NCBI GenBank assembly: GCA_965279305.1
Contig: OZ257143.1
Coordinates: forward strand, 1 to 32,000
DNA: 32,000 bases
Source: Gammaproteobacteria bacterium
GTDB lineage: Bacteria; Pseudomonadota; Gammaproteobacteria; JBIOEC01
Direction of reading: 5' to 3'
Part shown: positions 1-12,734 of the stretch, piece by piece
Position numbering within the stretch: the stretch's first letter is position 1
Layout of the letters: the number at the start of each line of letters is the position of its first letter
Program-made: the position numbers and the translations under genes
Notes under the pieces: generated by a model
What the model was told of the DNA's origin: nothing
Database searches by the model: none
Seen by the model: the letters and a program-made list of their open reading frames with translations, nothing else

Positions 1-625
1 GATCGATATCGCGCAATTCAAAATTAGTACCCATGTTTTCGTTATCCCAATAAATGGCTTTCATTAGGATTAAATCGATAACACCAGCAAATTTTTCTTC
101 AGCACCAATAGGTAACTGAATTGGCACAGGATTAGCGCCTAAACGTTCTTTAATTTGTTTTACTACGCGTAAAAAGTTCGCACCTGAGCGATCCATCTTG
201 TTTACAAATGCCAAACGTGGCACATGATATTTATTTGCTTGACGCCATACGGTTTCAGATTGTGGTTCTACACCACTTACCGCGTCAAAAACAGCTACTG
301 CGCCATCTAATACGCGCAATGAACGTTCTACTTCAATCGTAAAATCTACGTGTCCAGGTGTATCAATAATGTTGATACGATGTTCTGGATAATTTTTCGC
401 CATACCAGACCAGAAACAAGTAGTTGCAGCAGACGTAATAGTAATACCACGTTCTTGCTCTTGTTCCATCCAGTCCATAACAGCAGCACCTTCATGAACC
501 TCACCTATTTTGTGAGACACACCGGTATAAAACAGAATACGCTCTGTTGTTGTGGTTTTGCCCGCATCAATGTGGGCCATGATTCCAATATTTCTATATC
601 GTTCAATAGGTGTTTTACGTGCCAC
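1..625 (-). CDS. fusA: Elongation factor G, N-terminal ~208 codons (gene runs off the left edge)
   Basis: Absent from the ORF track because it is truncated by the window edge. My reverse-complement translation from GTG (625-623) reads [44 protein letters not shown]...[29 protein letters not shown]...FVNKMDR. GTPase G1/G3/G4 motifs are present. It lies 22 nt downstream of rpsG, as in the str operon. Confidence 0.92.
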   Translation of the reverse strand, partial: MARKTPIERYRNIGIMAHIDAGKTTTTERILFYTGVSHKIGEVHEGAAVMDWMEQEQERGITITSAATTCFWSGMAKNYPEHRINIIDTPGHVDFTIEVERSLRVLDGAVAVFDAVSGVEPQSETVWRQANKYHVPRLAFVNKMDRSGANFLRVVKQIKERLGANPVPIQLPIGAEEKFAGVIDLILMKAIYWDNENMGTNFELRDID

Positions 626-647
626 AATACATTTCCTTTAATTTGTT

Positions 648-1118
648 TTACCAGCGATAATGCGCAAATGCTTGGTTAGCCATCGCCATACGCTCAACAT
701 CTTCACGTTTTTTCAACGCGCCACCGCGGCCTTCTAAAATATCTAACATCTCTGCCGCTAAACTTTTAATCATACCTTTTTCATTGCGCTGTTTTGCAGC
801 AGCAATCAACCAACGCATCGCTAATGCCATCGCACGATCCGCTCTTACTTCAACGGGAACCTGATAAGTAGCTCCACCTACACGACGTGATTTCACTTCG
901 ATGGTTGGACGAAGTTTATCAATCACTTGTTCAAAAATTTCGAGAGCGCCGGCTTTGCGACGTTCAGCAATGACTTCGAACGCGCCATACACTACTTTTT
1001 CTGCGATAGCTTTTTTACCATGCAACATTACATGATTAATAAACTTGGTCACCAATCTACTTTGATAGTTAGGATCGGGAAGCAGTTTGTGTTTGACTGT
1101 AAATTTTTTTCTTGACAT
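648..1118 (-). CDS. rpsG: 30S ribosomal protein S7
   Basis: 156-aa ORF with the S7 pattern (...[27 protein letters not shown]...). Sits between rpsL and fusA. Confidence 0.97.
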   Translation of the reverse strand: MSRKKFTVKHKLLPDPNYQSRLVTKFINHVMLHGKKAIAEKVVYGAFEVIAERRKAGALEIFEQVIDKLRPTIEVKSRRVGGATYQVPVEVRADRAMALAMRWLIAAAKQRNEKGMIKSLAAEMLDILEGRGGALKKREDVERMAMANQAFAHYRW

Positions 1119-1173
1119 ATCTCACATCCAAATTAACTTTACTAAATCGCCATTACTAGAATGGCGCTCATGT

Positions 1174-1554
1174 TTACTTCTTATCTTTCGGTTTCTTACT
1201 ACCGTATTTAGAACGACCTTTACGACGATTCGCCACGCCCGAGGTATCTAATGTACCGCGAACAATGTGATAACGTACGCCGGGTAAATCTTTTACGCGA
1301 CCACCACGGATTAGCACTACAGAGTGCTCTTGTAAATTGTGGCCTTCACCACCGATATAGGCAGATACTTCTGCACCATTCGTTAAGCGAACACGGGCTA
1401 CTTTACGTAGAGCCGAGTTAGGCTTTTTAGGGGTTGTTGTATATACCCGGGTACATACCCCACGTCTTTGTGGGCAATTATTCAATGCTGGTACGTCAGA
1501 CTTCGCTTTATTGCGAACACGCCCTTGGCGTACTAATTGTTGTGTTGTTGGCAT
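1174..1554 (-). CDS. rpsL: 30S ribosomal protein S12
   Basis: The ORF track gives 1174..1566. I prefer the ATG 12 nt downstream ([12 protein letters not shown]...), which aligns with the S12 N-terminus. Contains ...[19 protein letters not shown]... and ...[14 protein letters not shown].... The streptomycin-relevant lysines look wild-type. Confidence 0.97.
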   Translation of the reverse strand: MPTTQQLVRQGRVRNKAKSDVPALNNCPQRRGVCTRVYTTTPKKPNSALRKVARVRLTNGAEVSAYIGGEGHNLQEHSVVLIRGGRVKDLPGVRYHIVRGTLDTSGVANRRKGRSKYGSKKPKDKK

Positions 1555-1654
1555 TACGCACTCCAAAAAAATCCATTAGTCCAAAATGTCTACTTTGGCC
1601 TGTTAAAACTATCTATAAACCCACTTAGATACCTGATTTAGAATTAATGGCTCT

Positions 1655-1687
1655 TTTACAAAAACCCCGGTTATTAACCGGGGTTTT
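1655..1687 (-). terminator. Rho-independent terminator after rpoC (symmetric, potentially bidirectional)
   Basis: Perfect hairpin ccccggtt-att-aaccgggg (1665-1683) flanked by A4/T4. On the minus strand it is followed by TTTTTGT. About 125 nt downstream of the rpoC stop. Confidence 0.7.
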
Positions 1688-1810
1688 GAAAGCCAATAAA
1701 CTACTCTATCAAGAGCAGGAGGTGTATTGTACAGCAGTGGAAAATGAAAATCTAGAGGGATTTTGGGAGGTCCCTCCGTTTTTAAGTCCTTATCGCCATA
1801 AAAGTGGGAA

Positions 1811-4800
1811 TTATAAAACCTCCCCCATTCCAGCCGCTAGGCCAGCATCAGGATCTGGATGTCTCATCACTGCTGGGCGGTGTTTAGTCGCTTCAGCTTC
1901 TTTCTGTAAACGACGTTTTCTACGACGTTCTTCATGATAAGCCAGACCTGTACCCGCAGGTACTAAACGTCCTACAATTACGTTTTCTTTCAAGCCACGT
2001 AAGTCATCAACTTTGCCTGATACAGACGCTTCAGTCAATACTCGAGTGGTTTCTTGGAAAGAAGCCGCTGAGAAGAACGATTCAGTTCCTAGAGACGCTT
2101 TGGTAATACCCAATAATAAACGTTCCGTAATCGCTGGCTGCATATCTTTAGCCACAACACGGTCATTTTCTTCTAGGACTCTTACGCGCTCTACTTGATC
2201 CCCTACTAAGAAGCGGGTATCGCCTGATCTGAGGACCACTTCTTTACGTAACATTTGACGTAAAATAACCTCAATATGCTTATCATTGATTTTAACGCCT
2301 TGTAAGCGGTATACATCCTGCACTTCATTTACAATGAAGTTAGCCAATGCATCCACGCCTAATAAGCGTAAAATATCATGAGGATTTTCAGCACCATCGG
2401 CGATAACTTCCCCTTTTTCTACGTGTTCGCCTTCAAATACAGACACATGGCGCCATTTTGGAATGAGTTCCTCATGCACGTCGCCTGTTTGGCTGGTAAT
2501 TAATAAACGACGTTTACCTTTCGTTTCTTTACCGAAGCTGACCACACCTGAAATATTCGCCAAAATAGCAGAATCTTTAGGTTTACGTGCTTCAAATAAA
2601 TCGGCAACGCGAGGTAGACCACCGGTAATATCTCGAGTTTTTGATGTTTCTTGAGGAATACGGGCAATAACGTCACCCACTCCTACTTGAGCACCATCTT
2701 CTAAGGTAATCACGGCGTTAGCTGGCATAAAGTAATGTGCAGGTAAGCTTGTGCCGCCTAACATTAAATCGTTGCCATCAGCGTCTACTAATTTGATAAC
2801 AGGGCGTAATTCTTGACCGCTGCTACCACGTTGTTTGGTATCACTGACCACGATGCTGCTTAAACCGGTTAATTCATCGGTTTGTCTTGCCATGGTCACA
2901 CCATCAATCAAGTCTTCGAAGCGTACAAAACCGGTCGCTTCCGAAATGATAGGATGAGTATGCGGATCCCATTGCGCCACAATATCTCCCGCCGTAACAG
3001 GAGCACCATCAGCAACAGTGATTTCGGCACCATAAGGTATTTTGTAACGTTCATGCTCACGACCGCTTACGTCTAGAATAACCACTTCACCTGAACGTGA
3101 AGTAACAACGTAACGACCTGTGCTACCGCGTTGTACATATTTAACGTTAAACAATTTCAATAAACCATTGGTTTTAATTTGAATATTGTTTGCAGCGGTT
3201 GCACGTGTTGCAGCACCACCGATATGGAAGGTACGCATGGTTAACTGTGTACCGGGTTCACCGATAGACTGTGCAGCAATAACACCGACGGCTTCGCCGA
3301 TATTGACTAAATGTCCGCGTGCTAAATCACGACCGTAACATTTTGCACAAACACCATAACGTGATTCACAACTAATCGGTGAACGTACGTTCATTTCATA
3401 AAGACCTAGCTCTTCAATTTTTTCTGCCCAGTCTTCATTGATTAATGTGTCGATAGGAATAATCACTTCGCCAGTCGTAGGACTGCACACATCTAAAGAT
3501 GTGATACGACCTAATGCACGTTCATTTAAACGTTCAACAATGTCACCACCTTGAATTAACGGACGTAAAACGATACCTTTTTCAGTACCGCAATCTTCTT
3601 CGTTAATTACTAAGTCTTGTGCAACATCCACTAAACGACGAGTTAAATAACCTGAGTTAGCGGTTTTTAATGCCGTATCTGCCAAACCTTTACGAGCACC
3701 GTGAGTAGAGTTGAAGTACTGTAATACGTTCAAGCCTTCACGGAAGTTTGCAGTAATCGGTGTTTCAATAATGGAACCATCAGGACGCGCCATCAAACCA
3801 CGCATACCTGCTAGCTGTCTGATCTGAGCGGCAGAACCACGAGCACCAGAATCTGACATCATATAAATAGAATTGAAAGATTCTTGTGTAACGGTATTGC
3901 CTTCGCGATCCACTACCGGTTCAACTGCTAATGTTTCCATCATCGCTTTTGCAACAACGTCATTGGTTTTTGACCAAATATCAACAATCTTATTGTAACG
4001 TTCGCCGTTAGTTACTAAGCCTGAAGCAAATTGATTTTCAATTTCTTTTACTTCTTCTTCAGCGCCCGCCACAATTCCTGCTTTCGCATCTGGGATCACT
4101 AAGTCATCAATACCTAATGAAACACCTGAGCGAGTTGCATACTGGAATCCGGTATACATTAATTGATCAGCAAAAATAATCGTTTCTTTCAATCCTACAC
4201 GACGATAACAAGCGTTTAATACTTGTGATACCGCTTTTTTATTCATAGTACGATTGATTAAATCAAACGATAAACCTTCAGGTAATACATCAGCTAATAA
4301 TGCACGACCGACTGTTGTATCCACTAAGCGAACAGATTTAGTGGTAGATTCTTGTGATAATGTAGGTTGATATTCAGTAATACGCACTTTAACGCGCGCT
4401 TGTAAATCAACATTACCTGTTTCATATGCACGACGAACTTCCATTAAATCGGTGAAAGCCATGCCTTCGCCTTTTCCATTAACGCGTTCGCGTGTCATGT
4501 AATATAAGCCTAAAACTACGTCTTGTGATGGAACAATAATCGGCTCACCGTTTGCAGGTGATAAAATATTATTGGTAGACATCATCAATACGCGCGCTTC
4601 TAATTGCGCTTCTAAAGTTAAAGGAACGTGTACGGCCATTTGATCTCCGTCAAAATCCGCGTTGAATGCCGCGCAGACCAGAGGATGTAACTGAATAGCT
4701 TTACCTTCAATTAAAATAGGTTCGAATGCTTGAATACCTAAACGATGCAGTGTTGGTGCACGGTTTAGTAGCACGGGATGTTCGCGGATCACATCTTCTA

Positions 4801-6034
4801 AAATATCCCATACTTCTGGTTCTTCGCGCTCAACCATTTTCTTAGCTGCTTTAATAGTAGTTGCTAAGCCTAAGCGTTCTAATTTACCAAAAATAAACGG
4901 CTTGAATAATTCCAATGCCATTTTCTTAGGCAAACCACATTGATGTAAACGTAAGGTTGGTCCTACTACGATCACTGAACGACCAGAATAATCTACCCGT
5001 TTACCTAATAAGTTTTGACGGAAACGACCTTGTTTACCTTTGATCATATCAGCCAATGATTTCAACGGACGCTTGTTGCTTCCGGTAATAGCACGACCAC
5101 GACGACCGTTATCTAATAACGCATCTACTGATTCTTGTAACATGCGTTTTTCGTTCCGCACGATAATATCAGGTGCGTTTAATTCTAATAAACGTTTTAA
5201 ACGGTTGTTACGATTGATCACTCGACGATATAAATCGTTAAGATCGGAAGTCGCAAAACGACCACCATCTAGAGGAACTAGAGGGCGTAAGTCTGGAGGT
5301 AATACAGGAAGAACATCTAAAATCATCCAATCAGGACGGTTATTAGAATCACGGAAAGATTCCAACAATTTTAAACGCTTCGCGTATTTTTTAAGCTTGG
5401 TGTCAGAGTTAGTTTGACTGATCTCTTCACGTAACTTTAAAATTTCCGCATCTAAATCGATGGCTATCAATAATTTCTTGATAGCTTCTGCACCCATAGA
5501 CGCATCAAATTCATCACCGTATTGTTCTACGGCTTCTAAATAAGTTTCGTCTGTCATTAACTGTCCACGTTCTAGTGGAGTCATGCCAGGTTCAGTGACT
5601 ACAAATGCTTCGAAATATAAAATGCGTTCGATATCACGTAATGTCATGTCTAGTAATAAACCAATACGAGAAGGTAAAGATTTTAAATACCAGATGTGTG
5701 CAACAGGGCTTGCCAATTCAATATGACCCATACGTTCACGACGTACTTTAGACAATGTCACTTCTACACCGCATTTTTCGCAAATAATACCGCGATGTTT
5801 TAAACGCTTATATTTACCGCATAAGCACTCATAATCTTTGATAGGTCCAAAGATTTTAGCGCAAAATAAACCACCACGTTCTGGTTTAAATGTACGATAG
5901 TTAATCGTTTCAGGTTTTACTACTTCGCCATACGATTGAGCAATAATTTCATCGCGTGACGATAAGCTGATTTTGATACGATCAAAATCATCGCTGAATC
6001 GTTGTTGTCTAAATATATGCATAAAGTCTTTCAA
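1811..6034 (-). CDS. rpoC: DNA-directed RNA polymerase subunit beta'
   Basis: 1407 aa. TTG start (MKDF... aligns with E. coli MKDLL...) preceded by AGGAG. Zn-finger [23 protein letters not shown], catalytic NADFDGDQM, and trigger-loop/bridge-helix regions conserved. Confidence 0.98.
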   Translation of the reverse strand: MKDFMHIFRQQRFSDDFDRIKISLSSRDEIIAQSYGEVVKPETINYRTFKPERGGLFCAKIFGPIKDYECLCGKYKRLKHRGIICEKCGVEVTLSKVRRERMGHIELASPVAHIWYLKSLPSRIGLLLDMTLRDIERILYFEAFVVTEPGMTPLERGQLMTDETYLEAVEQYGDEFDASMGAEAIKKLLIAIDLDAEILKLREEISQTNSDTKLKKYAKRLKLLESFRDSNNRPDWMILDVLPVLPPDLRPLVPLDGGRFATSDLNDLYRRVINRNNRLKRLLELNAPDIIVRNEKRMLQESVDALLDNGRRGRAITGSNKRPLKSLADMIKGKQGRFRQNLLGKRVDYSGRSVIVVGPTLRLHQCGLPKKMALELFKPFIFGKLERLGLATTIKAAKKMVEREEPEVWDILEDVIREHPVLLNRAPTLHRLGIQAFEPILIEGKAIQLHPLVCAAFNADFDGDQMAVHVPLTLEAQLEARVLMMSTNNILSPANGEPIIVPSQDVVLGLYYMTRERVNGKGEGMAFTDLMEVRRAYETGNVDLQARVKVRITEYQPTLSQESTTKSVRLVDTTVGRALLADVLPEGLSFDLINRTMNKKAVSQVLNACYRRVGLKETIIFADQLMYTGFQYATRSGVSLGIDDLVIPDAKAGIVAGAEEEVKEIENQFASGLVTNGERYNKIVDIWSKTNDVVAKAMMETLAVEPVVDREGNTVTQESFNSIYMMSDSGARGSAAQIRQLAGMRGLMARPDGSIIETPITANFREGLNVLQYFNSTHGARKGLADTALKTANSGYLTRRLVDVAQDLVINEEDCGTEKGIVLRPLIQGGDIVERLNERALGRITSLDVCSPTTGEVIIPIDTLINEDWAEKIEELGLYEMNVRSPISCESRYGVCAKCYGRDLARGHLVNIGEAVGVIAAQSIGEPGTQLTMRTFHIGGAATRATAANNIQIKTNGLLKLFNVKYVQRGSTGRYVVTSRSGEVVILDVSGREHERYKIPYGAEITVADGAPVTAGDIVAQWDPHTHPIISEATGFVRFEDLIDGVTMARQTDELTGLSSIVVSDTKQRGSSGQELRPVIKLVDADGNDLMLGGTSLPAHYFMPANAVITLEDGAQVGVGDVIARIPQETSKTRDITGGLPRVADLFEARKPKDSAILANISGVVSFGKETKGKRRLLITSQTGDVHEELIPKWRHVSVFEGEHVEKGEVIADGAENPHDILRLLGVDALANFIVNEVQDVYRLQGVKINDKHIEVILRQMLRKEVVLRSGDTRFLVGDQVERVRVLEENDRVVAKDMQPAITERLLLGITKASLGTESFFSAASFQETTRVLTEASVSGKVDDLRGLKENVIVGRLVPAGTGLAYHEERRRKRRLQKEAEATKHRPAVMRHPDPDAGLAAGMGEVL

Positions 6035-6056
6035 GGTAAGCTCCTGTCTGTTACTT

Positions 6057-9000
6057 TTAGTCTGTTTCTAAATCTATTTGTATCGCCAAAGAACGAATTT
6101 CTTTCAACAATACGTTGAAAGATTCTGGCATACCGGCTTCCATAGAATAATCACCGTCCACAATATTTTTATACATACGTGTACGTCCAGTTACGTCATC
6201 CGATTTAACGGTTAACATTTCCTGCAAGGTGTAAGCAGCACCATATGCTTCTAGTGCCCACACTTCCATCTCACCGAAACGTTGTCCACCGAATTGTGCT
6301 TTACCGCCTAATGGTTGTTGTGTTACTAAGCTGTAAGAGCCGGTTGAACGAGCATGCATCTTGTCATCAACTAAGTGATGGAGTTTCAGAATATACATAT
6401 ATCCAACGGTAACAGAACGCTCAAATTGCATACCTGTTCTACCATCAAACAATGTAGTCTGACCTGTTTCATTCAATCCTGCTAACTTCAGCATGTATTT
6501 AATGTCTGCTTCTTTAGCACCATCAAATACTGGAGTTCCCATTGGAACGCCCGCTTTTAAGTTTTCAGCTACTACTTTAATTTCATCATCACTAAAGCTT
6601 TCGATATCTAATTTTTGGCCTGTTTGGTTATACACTTTATCCAAGAATGATCTCATTTCTTTGGTATCAGAGTGTGTTTGCAATAACTGACCAATTTTTT
6701 TACCTAATCCTTTCGCAGCCCAGCCCAAGTGAGTTTCCAACACCTGTCCTACGTTCATACGAGAAGGAACACCTAATGGATTTAAAGCGATATCAACGGG
6801 TGTACCATCTGCCATATAAGGCATATCTTCTACCGGTACAATCATTGAAATAACACCTTTGTTACCGTGACGTCCCGCCATTTTATCACCCGGCTGAACA
6901 CGACGTTTAACAGCCATGTAAACTTTAACAATCTTCAACACGCCAGGTGCTAAATCATCGCCTTGTGTTAACTTCGCACGAATATCATTTAATTGATCTT
7001 CGTATTCAGAGCGTAAACGTTCATATTGTGCATTCGCTGCTTCAATATGACCATTTGCTACTTCATCTTTTAAGCGAATACCAAACCATTTTTCTCTTGC
7101 AATGCTTTCTAATGATTCGGCATTGATAGATTTGGTTGCTTTAAAGCCTTTAGGACCGGTTATCGCTTCATGACCTAACAATAAGCCTTCCACTTGACGG
7201 AATAAAGAGTCTTCCAAAATGCGTTGGCGATCGTCTAAGCCTTTCTTCGCATGGTCTAAATGAGCGGCTTCAATCGCTTGAGCACGTGCATCTTTTGGCA
7301 CGCCTTCACGTGTAAAGATCTGTACGTCAATAACGGTTCCGTTGGTACCGGTTGGAACACGTAAAGAAGTATCTTTAACATCAGACGCTTTTTCACCAAA
7401 GATAGCGCGCAATAATTTTTCTTCAGGTGTTAATTGTGTTTCACCTTTAGGGGTTACTTTACCCACCAAAATATCGCCTGCCATTACTTCAGCACCAATA
7501 TAAACCACACCACATTCATCTAATTTAGATAATGCAGATTCGCTTACGTTAGGAATATCGCCTGAAATTTCTTCTGGCCCTAATTTGGTATCACGAGCAA
7601 TACAAGTTAATTCTTCAATATGAATAGAAGTAAAACGATCTTCTTCTACTACACGTTCAGAAATTAAAATAGAATCCTCGAAGTTATAACCATTCCAAGG
7701 CATAAACGCGACAAGTAAGTTTTGGCCTAATGCTAATTCACCTTTATCGGTAGAAGCACCATCAGCTAACACATCACCTTTTGCAATCACATCACCCGGA
7801 AATACTAATGGACGTTGATTGATACAAGTATTTTGGTTAGAACGTGTATATTTAATTAAAGGATAAATATCTACGCCCGCTTCACCCACTTGAATTTCAT
7901 CAGGATTTACTTTAACAACAATACGCGATGCATCAACAGCATCAACCGTACCACTGCGTTTTGCAACAACCGTTGCACCCGAATCCGCTGCTACAATACG
8001 TTCCATACCAGTACCTACTAAAGGCTTTTCAGCGCGTAGTGTAGGAACGGCTTGTCGTTGCATGTTTGAACCCATCAATGCACGGTTAGCATCGTCATGT
8101 TCTAAGAAAGGAATTAATGATGCAGCCACAGACACAATCTGTCTAGGTGACACATCCATATAATCTACTTTATCAGGAGTAGTGAATGTAGATTCATTTT
8201 TATGACGACAAGGAACTTGTTCGTCTAAAATGCGTTTATTTTTATCCATTGCAACAGTAGCCTGCGCAATATAAAAATCACCTTCTTCAATCGCTGATAA
8301 ATAATCTACTTGATTGGTTACTACGCCATCAACTACTTTACGGCAAGGTGTTTCAATAAAGCCATAAGAGTTGGTACGAGCATAAACAGCTAAAGAGTTA
8401 ATCAAACCAATGTTTGGACCTTCAGGCGTTTCAATCGGACATACGCGACCGTAATGAGTAGGATGTACGTCACGTACTTCGAAACCTGCACGTTCACGTG
8501 TTAAACCACCTGGCCCTAATGCAGATACACGACGTTTATGTGTCACTTCTGATAAAGGATTATTTTGATCCATAAATTGAGACAATTGGCTGGAACCAAA
8601 AAATTCTTTAATCGCAGCAGAAACCGGCTTAGCGTTCATTAAATCTTGTGGCATTAAACCTTCAGAATCGGCAAGGCTTAAACGTTCTTTTACAGCACGT
8701 TCAACGCGAACAAGACCTACACGGAATTGATTTTCTGCTAATTCACCTACGCTACGCACACGACGATTACCTAAATGATCGATATCATCTACATCACCGC
8801 GGCCATCACGAATATTAATTAATTCGCGAATAACAGCAATAACATCGTCGTTATTTAGTACGCCGGGACCTGTTTCGTCAGCACGACCAACACGACGATT
8901 AAACTTCATGCGGCCTACTGCTGATAGGTCATAACGTTCGTTAGTAAAAAATAAATTTTTGAATAAAGATTCTGCCGCTTCTTTTGTAGGCGGCTCACCC

Positions 9001-10145
9001 GGTCTCATCATTCGATAAATTTCGATTAATGATTCCATTTGAGTTTGAGTAGGATCGATACGTAATGTTTCAGAAATGTAAGGACCATGATCTAAATCAT
9101 TGGTAAACAATACTTCCATTTTAGATACATTATTTTCGTGTAACAACCCTAAAATTTCTGCAGTGATTTCAGTGTTTGCAGGAATAACCACTTCACCTGT
9201 GGCTTTGTTAACAACATCATGAGCGATTGCTTTTCCAATAACCCATTCAGTAGGAACTACAATTTCTTTAATACCAGCTTGTTCCATTAAACGAACATGT
9301 CTTGCGGTAATACGACGACCATTCTCTACAATTAATTCGCCTTTGTTATCAACGATATTGCAGAATGCGGTTTCACCACGAAGTCTTGAAGGAATTAAAT
9401 CCAATTTGATTTCACCACCTTCAAAATGCAAGGTGTGATTTTCATAGAACAAATCTAAAATTTGAGGAACAGAATAACCTAACGCACGTAAAATAATAGT
9501 AACGGGTAATTTACGACGACGGTCAATACGAGCAAATAAACAATCTTTAGGATCGAATTCAAAATCTAACCATGATCCACGATAAGGAATAATACGAGCA
9601 GAATATAAACGTTTACCAGAAGAGTGTGTTTTACCTTTATCATGCTCAAAGAAAACACCAGGTGAACGATGTAATTGTGACACTACAACACGCTCTGTAC
9701 CATTAATAACAAAAGAACCATTCTCTGTCATTAAAGGAATTTCGCCCATGTACACTTCTTGTTCTTTAATATCTTTAACGGTTTTAGAACCAGCAGGTGC
9801 ATCTTTATCATAAATAATTAAGCGTACTTTTACGCGTAAAGGTGCAGCAAAAGTTAAGCCGCGAATTTGGCATTCTTTTACATCAAATAATGGATAGCCT
9901 AAACGATATCCTACATATTCTAATATGGCATTACCTGAGTAACTCTCAATAGGAAAAATAGATAAAAAAGCGCCTTGTAGGCCTTTATTTTTACGCTGAT
10001 CTTCTGGCGTACCTAACTGCAAAAACTCGCGTTCATACGAATCTTTCTGAATGCTAAGCAAATAAGGAACAATAATACCTGCTTCTAAACTACCAAAATC
10101 TTTACGTGGACGTTGCTTTTCAGTAAAAGAGAGATTGTTTGACAT
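6057..10145 (-). CDS. rpoB: DNA-directed RNA polymerase subunit beta
   Basis: The ORF track gives 6057..10157 from TTG. The ATG at 10145 ([18 protein letters not shown]) is preceded by GAGGG about 5 nt upstream. Collinear with E. coli RpoB. Rifampicin cluster I reads [25 protein letters not shown] (wild-type-like). Confidence 0.98.
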   Translation of the reverse strand: MSNNLSFTEKQRPRKDFGSLEAGIIVPYLLSIQKDSYEREFLQLGTPEDQRKNKGLQGAFLSIFPIESYSGNAILEYVGYRLGYPLFDVKECQIRGLTFAAPLRVKVRLIIYDKDAPAGSKTVKDIKEQEVYMGEIPLMTENGSFVINGTERVVVSQLHRSPGVFFEHDKGKTHSSGKRLYSARIIPYRGSWLDFEFDPKDCLFARIDRRRKLPVTIILRALGYSVPQILDLFYENHTLHFEGGEIKLDLIPSRLRGETAFCNIVDNKGELIVENGRRITARHVRLMEQAGIKEIVVPTEWVIGKAIAHDVVNKATGEVVIPANTEITAEILGLLHENNVSKMEVLFTNDLDHGPYISETLRIDPTQTQMESLIEIYRMMRPGEPPTKEAAESLFKNLFFTNERYDLSAVGRMKFNRRVGRADETGPGVLNNDDVIAVIRELINIRDGRGDVDDIDHLGNRRVRSVGELAENQFRVGLVRVERAVKERLSLADSEGLMPQDLMNAKPVSAAIKEFFGSSQLSQFMDQNNPLSEVTHKRRVSALGPGGLTRERAGFEVRDVHPTHYGRVCPIETPEGPNIGLINSLAVYARTNSYGFIETPCRKVVDGVVTNQVDYLSAIEEGDFYIAQATVAMDKNKRILDEQVPCRHKNESTFTTPDKVDYMDVSPRQIVSVAASLIPFLEHDDANRALMGSNMQRQAVPTLRAEKPLVGTGMERIVAADSGATVVAKRSGTVDAVDASRIVVKVNPDEIQVGEAGVDIYPLIKYTRSNQNTCINQRPLVFPGDVIAKGDVLADGASTDKGELALGQNLLVAFMPWNGYNFEDSILISERVVEEDRFTSIHIEELTCIARDTKLGPEEISGDIPNVSESALSKLDECGVVYIGAEVMAGDILVGKVTPKGETQLTPEEKLLRAIFGEKASDVKDTSLRVPTGTNGTVIDVQIFTREGVPKDARAQAIEAAHLDHAKKGLDDRQRILEDSLFRQVEGLLLGHEAITGPKGFKATKSINAESLESIAREKWFGIRLKDEVANGHIEAANAQYERLRSEYEDQLNDIRAKLTQGDDLAPGVLKIVKVYMAVKRRVQPGDKMAGRHGNKGVISMIVPVEDMPYMADGTPVDIALNPLGVPSRMNVGQVLETHLGWAAKGLGKKIGQLLQTHSDTKEMRSFLDKVYNQTGQKLDIESFSDDEIKVVAENLKAGVPMGTPVFDGAKEADIKYMLKLAGLNETGQTTLFDGRTGMQFERSVTVGYMYILKLHHLVDDKMHARSTGSYSLVTQQPLGGKAQFGGQRFGEMEVWALEAYGAAYTLQEMLTVKSDDVTGRTRMYKNIVDGDYSMEAGMPESFNVLLKEIRSLAIQIDLETD

Positions 10146-10184
10146 GGATGCCCTCAAGATGATACTAGATTATTTCGCACAAAT

Positions 10185-10235
10185 AAAAAAATTCCGCCAT
10201 CGCAAGCCCCATACTTCTGAGGCTTGCAATAACGG
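10185..10235 (-). terminator. Candidate rplL-rpoB intergenic attenuator/terminator
   Basis: Stem gcaagcc (10202-10208) / ggcttgc (10221-10227), extendable with ccg...cgg. On the minus strand it is followed by an A-run on the + strand (10185-10191), i.e. a U-tract. It occupies the position of the known partial terminator between rplL and rpoB in E. coli. Confidence 0.5.
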
Positions 10236-10255
10236 TTACTACACAAACGCCGAAA

Positions 10256-10636
10256 TTATTTAATGTCGACTTTTGCGCCAGCTTCTTCAAGTTCTTTCTT
10301 GATCTTGTCAGCTTCTTCTTTGTTAACGCCTTCCTTCACTAATGAAGGAGCTGCTTCAACTAAGTCTTTAGCTTCTTTAAGACCTAAACCTGTGATAGTC
10401 CGAACTACTTTAATAACGCCAACTTTGTTTTCACCAAAAGATGTCATCATTACGTTAAATTCGGTCTGTGCTTCAACGGCTGCTGCACCGGCACCGGCTG
10501 CAGGGCCAGCCATCATTGCCATAGGAGCTGCTGCTGTCACACCAAACTTTTCTTCCATCGCTTCAATTAATTCCACGACTTCCATAACAGTTAAACTTGC
10601 AATTGTTTCTAGTAATTGCTCTTTATTTACCGCCAT
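10256..10636 (-). CDS. rplL: 50S ribosomal protein L7/L12
   Basis: 126 aa. Ala-rich hinge ([20 protein letters not shown]) and C-terminal domain ...[13 protein letters not shown]... typical of L7/L12. Confidence 0.97.
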   Translation of the reverse strand: MAVNKEQLLETIASLTVMEVVELIEAMEEKFGVTAAAPMAMMAGPAAGAGAAAVEAQTEFNVMMTSFGENKVGVIKVVRTITGLGLKEAKDLVEAAPSLVKEGVNKEEADKIKKELEEAGAKVDIK

Positions 10637-10698
10637 GATTCTTACTCCTCAATAAAGTATTAAACATTCACCACTTTAAAAAAATAATTAAAGGGCGC

Positions 10699-11226
10699 CT
10701 ATGCTGATTGTTTTTGTTCACGAAGTGCTGCGAATGTACGCACCATTTTCGTGTGTGGTTCAGCAAAAGTACGTACCAATTTACCAACAGGAGCCAGCAT
10801 CACAGACATTAACTGAGACAACGCTTCATCGCGTGTCGGTAATGATGATACTTTTTCTAGTTGATTAGCCGCCAATAATTGACCGCCAATCGATAACGCT
10901 TTCACTTTTAAATTTTCGTGAGCTTTTGCGAAATCCTTCATTAAACGGGCAGCTGCACTAGGTTCTGTTAAAGAGAACGCTAGTAACAAAGGTCCACTCA
11001 ATATTTCTTGCAAGCAAGAAAAACTGGTGTTCTCTAATGCACGTTTAGCTAAAGTATTACGCACGACTTGTAAGTGCACACCTAATTTGCGACCAGAAGT
11101 ACGCAATTCGGTTAATTCACCTACGGTCAGTCCACGATAATCTACCACAACCGCTGAAATAGCTTGTTGAGCCACTCCTGCAACTTGTGCAACAATCTCT
11201 TGTTTTTTTTGTAGATTTAAAGCCAC
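10699..11226 (-). CDS. rplJ: 50S ribosomal protein L10
   Basis: 175 aa. GTG start. MALNLQKKQEIVAQV... matches the L10 N-terminus. Upstream of rplL. Confidence 0.95.
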   Translation of the reverse strand: MALNLQKKQEIVAQVAGVAQQAISAVVVDYRGLTVGELTELRTSGRKLGVHLQVVRNTLAKRALENTSFSCLQEILSGPLLLAFSLTEPSAAARLMKDFAKAHENLKVKALSIGGQLLAANQLEKVSSLPTRDEALSQLMSVMLAPVGKLVRTFAEPHTKMVRTFAALREQKQSA

Positions 11227-11430
11227 AAAGCCTCCTTTTCGAACATCGTTTTAGAGGATCCACGGTGAATATTCAGGAAAATTTCCAGGATATTTCTCAC
11301 CGTCTGCGTAGGAGGATTTTCATCCATTAAGCTTTCGCTCCTACGGTCTTTGACAGAGGCTGATTACCTTTCAGTAATCAACATCCCAAAGTACTGTAAA
11401 GAACACTCGTCATACGAGTGTTCTGATCTA
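11227..11430 (-). promoter_or_regulatory. rplA-rplJ spacer: expected rplJL promoter/L10 autoregulatory leader; contains a strong stem-loop at 11400-11424
   Basis: Only the hairpin is seen directly: a-gaacactcgt-cat-acgagtgttc-t (11-bp stem), 6 nt after the rplA stop, followed on the minus strand by TTTACAGTACTTT. The leader function is by analogy with the E. coli rplJ leader, not demonstrated. Confidence 0.4.
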
Positions 11431-12120
11431 TTAGATAGAACCCGCATCTATCAATAAGCCAGGGCCCATTGTGGTAGATAACGTGATCTTCTTTAAATAA
11501 ATACCTTTTGAAGTACTGGGTTTTAACTTTTTAACATCAGCTAAAACTGTCTTCAAATTGGCAACCAAATTAGGCGTATCAAAATTCACTTTACCGATAG
11601 TGCACTGCAAAATACCTGCTTTATCAGTACGATATTGAACTTGACCACCTTTTGCATTTTTCACGGCAACCGCCAAATCGTTGGTAACGGTTCCCACTTT
11701 AGGGTTAGGCATTAAACCACGAGGGCCTAATACTTGACCTAATTTACCAACAGCGCGCATTGCATCGGGTGTAGCAATCACTACATCAAAATTAATTTCG
11801 CCGCCTTTAACAATTTCTACTAAATCATCAAGACCCACAATATCAGCACCCGCTTGTAATGCTTCTTTTTGTCTGTCTGGTGATGCAAATACAGCAACAC
11901 GTCTGGTACGACCTGTTCCATGAGGCAACAATGTTGCGCCACGAACCGCTTGATCAGATTTCTTAGGATCAACACCTAAGTTAAAACTTACATCCACTGA
12001 TTCAACGAATTTTACTTTTGCTACTGTTTTTAAAAGTTCAATCGCTTGTTCAGCAGAATAAACAGTACCCGGAGTTACTTTTTCTCTGATGGCTTTTTCA
12101 CGTTTTGATATCTTTGCCAT
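11431..12120 (-). CDS. rplA: 50S ribosomal protein L1
   Basis: 229 aa, L1 family ([15 protein letters not shown]...[28 protein letters not shown]...). Start overlaps the rplK stop by 1 nt (TAATG). Confidence 0.97.
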   Translation of the reverse strand: MAKISKREKAIREKVTPGTVYSAEQAIELLKTVAKVKFVESVDVSFNLGVDPKKSDQAVRGATLLPHGTGRTRRVAVFASPDRQKEALQAGADIVGLDDLVEIVKGGEINFDVVIATPDAMRAVGKLGQVLGPRGLMPNPKVGTVTNDLAVAVKNAKGGQVQYRTDKAGILQCTIGKVNFDTPNLVANLKTVLADVKKLKPSTSKGIYLKKITLSTTMGPGLLIDAGSI

Positions 12121-12554
12121 TACACAACTCCTTCTACATCAATACCCATACTGCGCGCGCTTCCGGCGATAGTACGAATAGCTGCATCTAAATCAGCCGC
12201 TGTTAGATCGGGTTCTTTTGTTTTTGCAATTTCAGCCAGTTGATCACGTGTCACTTTGCCTACTTTATCTGTATTCGGTTTTCCGCTTCCAGAAGCAACG
12301 CCAGCCGCTTGTTTAATTAAGAAAGAAGCAGGAGGAGTTTTGATAATGAATGTAAAGCTTCTGTCGTTATACACTGTGATAATCACAGGCAACGGCATAC
12401 CTTTTTGCAAACTTTGTGTTTGCGCATTAAACGCTTTACAAAATTCCATAATGTTTACACCACGTTGACCTAACGCAGGACCGACTGGAGGGCTAGGATT
12501 AGCCTCGCCGGATTTGACTTGCAGCTTGATATAAGCTTCGATTTTCTTTGCCAT
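12120..12554 (-). CDS. rplK: 50S ribosomal protein L11
   Basis: 144 aa. ...[27 protein letters not shown]... is the L11 signature. Confidence 0.97.
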   Translation of the reverse strand: MAKKIEAYIKLQVKSGEANPSPPVGPALGQRGVNIMEFCKAFNAQTQSLQKGMPLPVIITVYNDRSFTFIIKTPPASFLIKQAAGVASGSGKPNTDKVGKVTRDQLAEIAKTKEPDLTAADLDAAIRTIAGSARSMGIDVEGVV

Positions 12555-12628
12555 AATTACAGCCTTTTAGTTTGGGTCTATATAGCGCATGTTCACTATT
12601 ACTAGGTACTAATGCTCCCCGTATTTCA

Positions 12629-12728
12629 CCTCTCCCTTCGGGAGAGGTCGCTCGCAAAGCGAGCGGGTGAGGGATTTTTTATCCCCTCACCCGCCGTCTT
12701 CGACGGCGGCCTCCCCCTTAGGGGGAGG
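12629..12728. repeat. Array of five abutting GC-rich 7-8-bp hairpins (REP/MITE-like palindromic element) in the nusG-rplK spacer
   Basis: H1 cctctccc/gggagagg (12629-12647). H2 cgctcgc-aaa-gcgagcg (12649-12665). H3 ggtgaggg...ccctcacc (12666-12691). H4 ccgccgtc-ttc-gacggcgg (12691-12709). H5 cctccccc-tta-gggggagg (12710-12728). Strongly GC-rich in an AT-rich spacer. Starts 7 nt after the nusG stop. Confidence 0.8.
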
Positions 12729-12734
12729 CGAATT

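Noticed and set aside
350-679. 109-aa plus-strand ORF from the track
   Set aside because: It lies antisense to the clearly recognisable fusA 5' region and the rpsG 3' end. The Cys/His/Asn-rich low-complexity translation has no motif, so it is a spurious shadow ORF.
1755-1776. Weak hairpin gaggga...tccctc followed by GTTTTT on the plus strand just after the rpoC stop
   Set aside because: The stem is short, the orientation is wrong for the minus-strand transcript, and no plus-strand gene needs terminating. The strong hairpin at 1655-1687 is the better terminator.
1647-1937. 96-aa plus-strand ORF in the rpoC-rpsL spacer
   Set aside because: It runs through the rpoC terminator hairpin and into the antisense of the rpoC 3' end. 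There is no Shine-Dalgarno sequence or recognisable domain.
2013-6853. Multiple 60-125-aa plus-strand ORFs (e.g. 5040..5417, 6493..6690, 6647..6853)
   Set aside because: All are embedded antisense within rpoC/rpoB and are typical long-gene shadow ORFs.
10263-10655. 130-aa plus-strand ORF mirroring rplL
   Set aside because: It is the exact antisense shadow of L7/L12. The Ser/Ala/Thr-rich sequence arises from the antisense of the Ala/Glu/Lys-rich gene.
12629-12728. Possibility that the hairpin array is a CRISPR array or a small coding gene
   Set aside because: The units differ in sequence, abut without spacers and are only ~17-26 nt long. There are no cas genes. The open frame across it has no start codon or SD and reflects palindrome composition.
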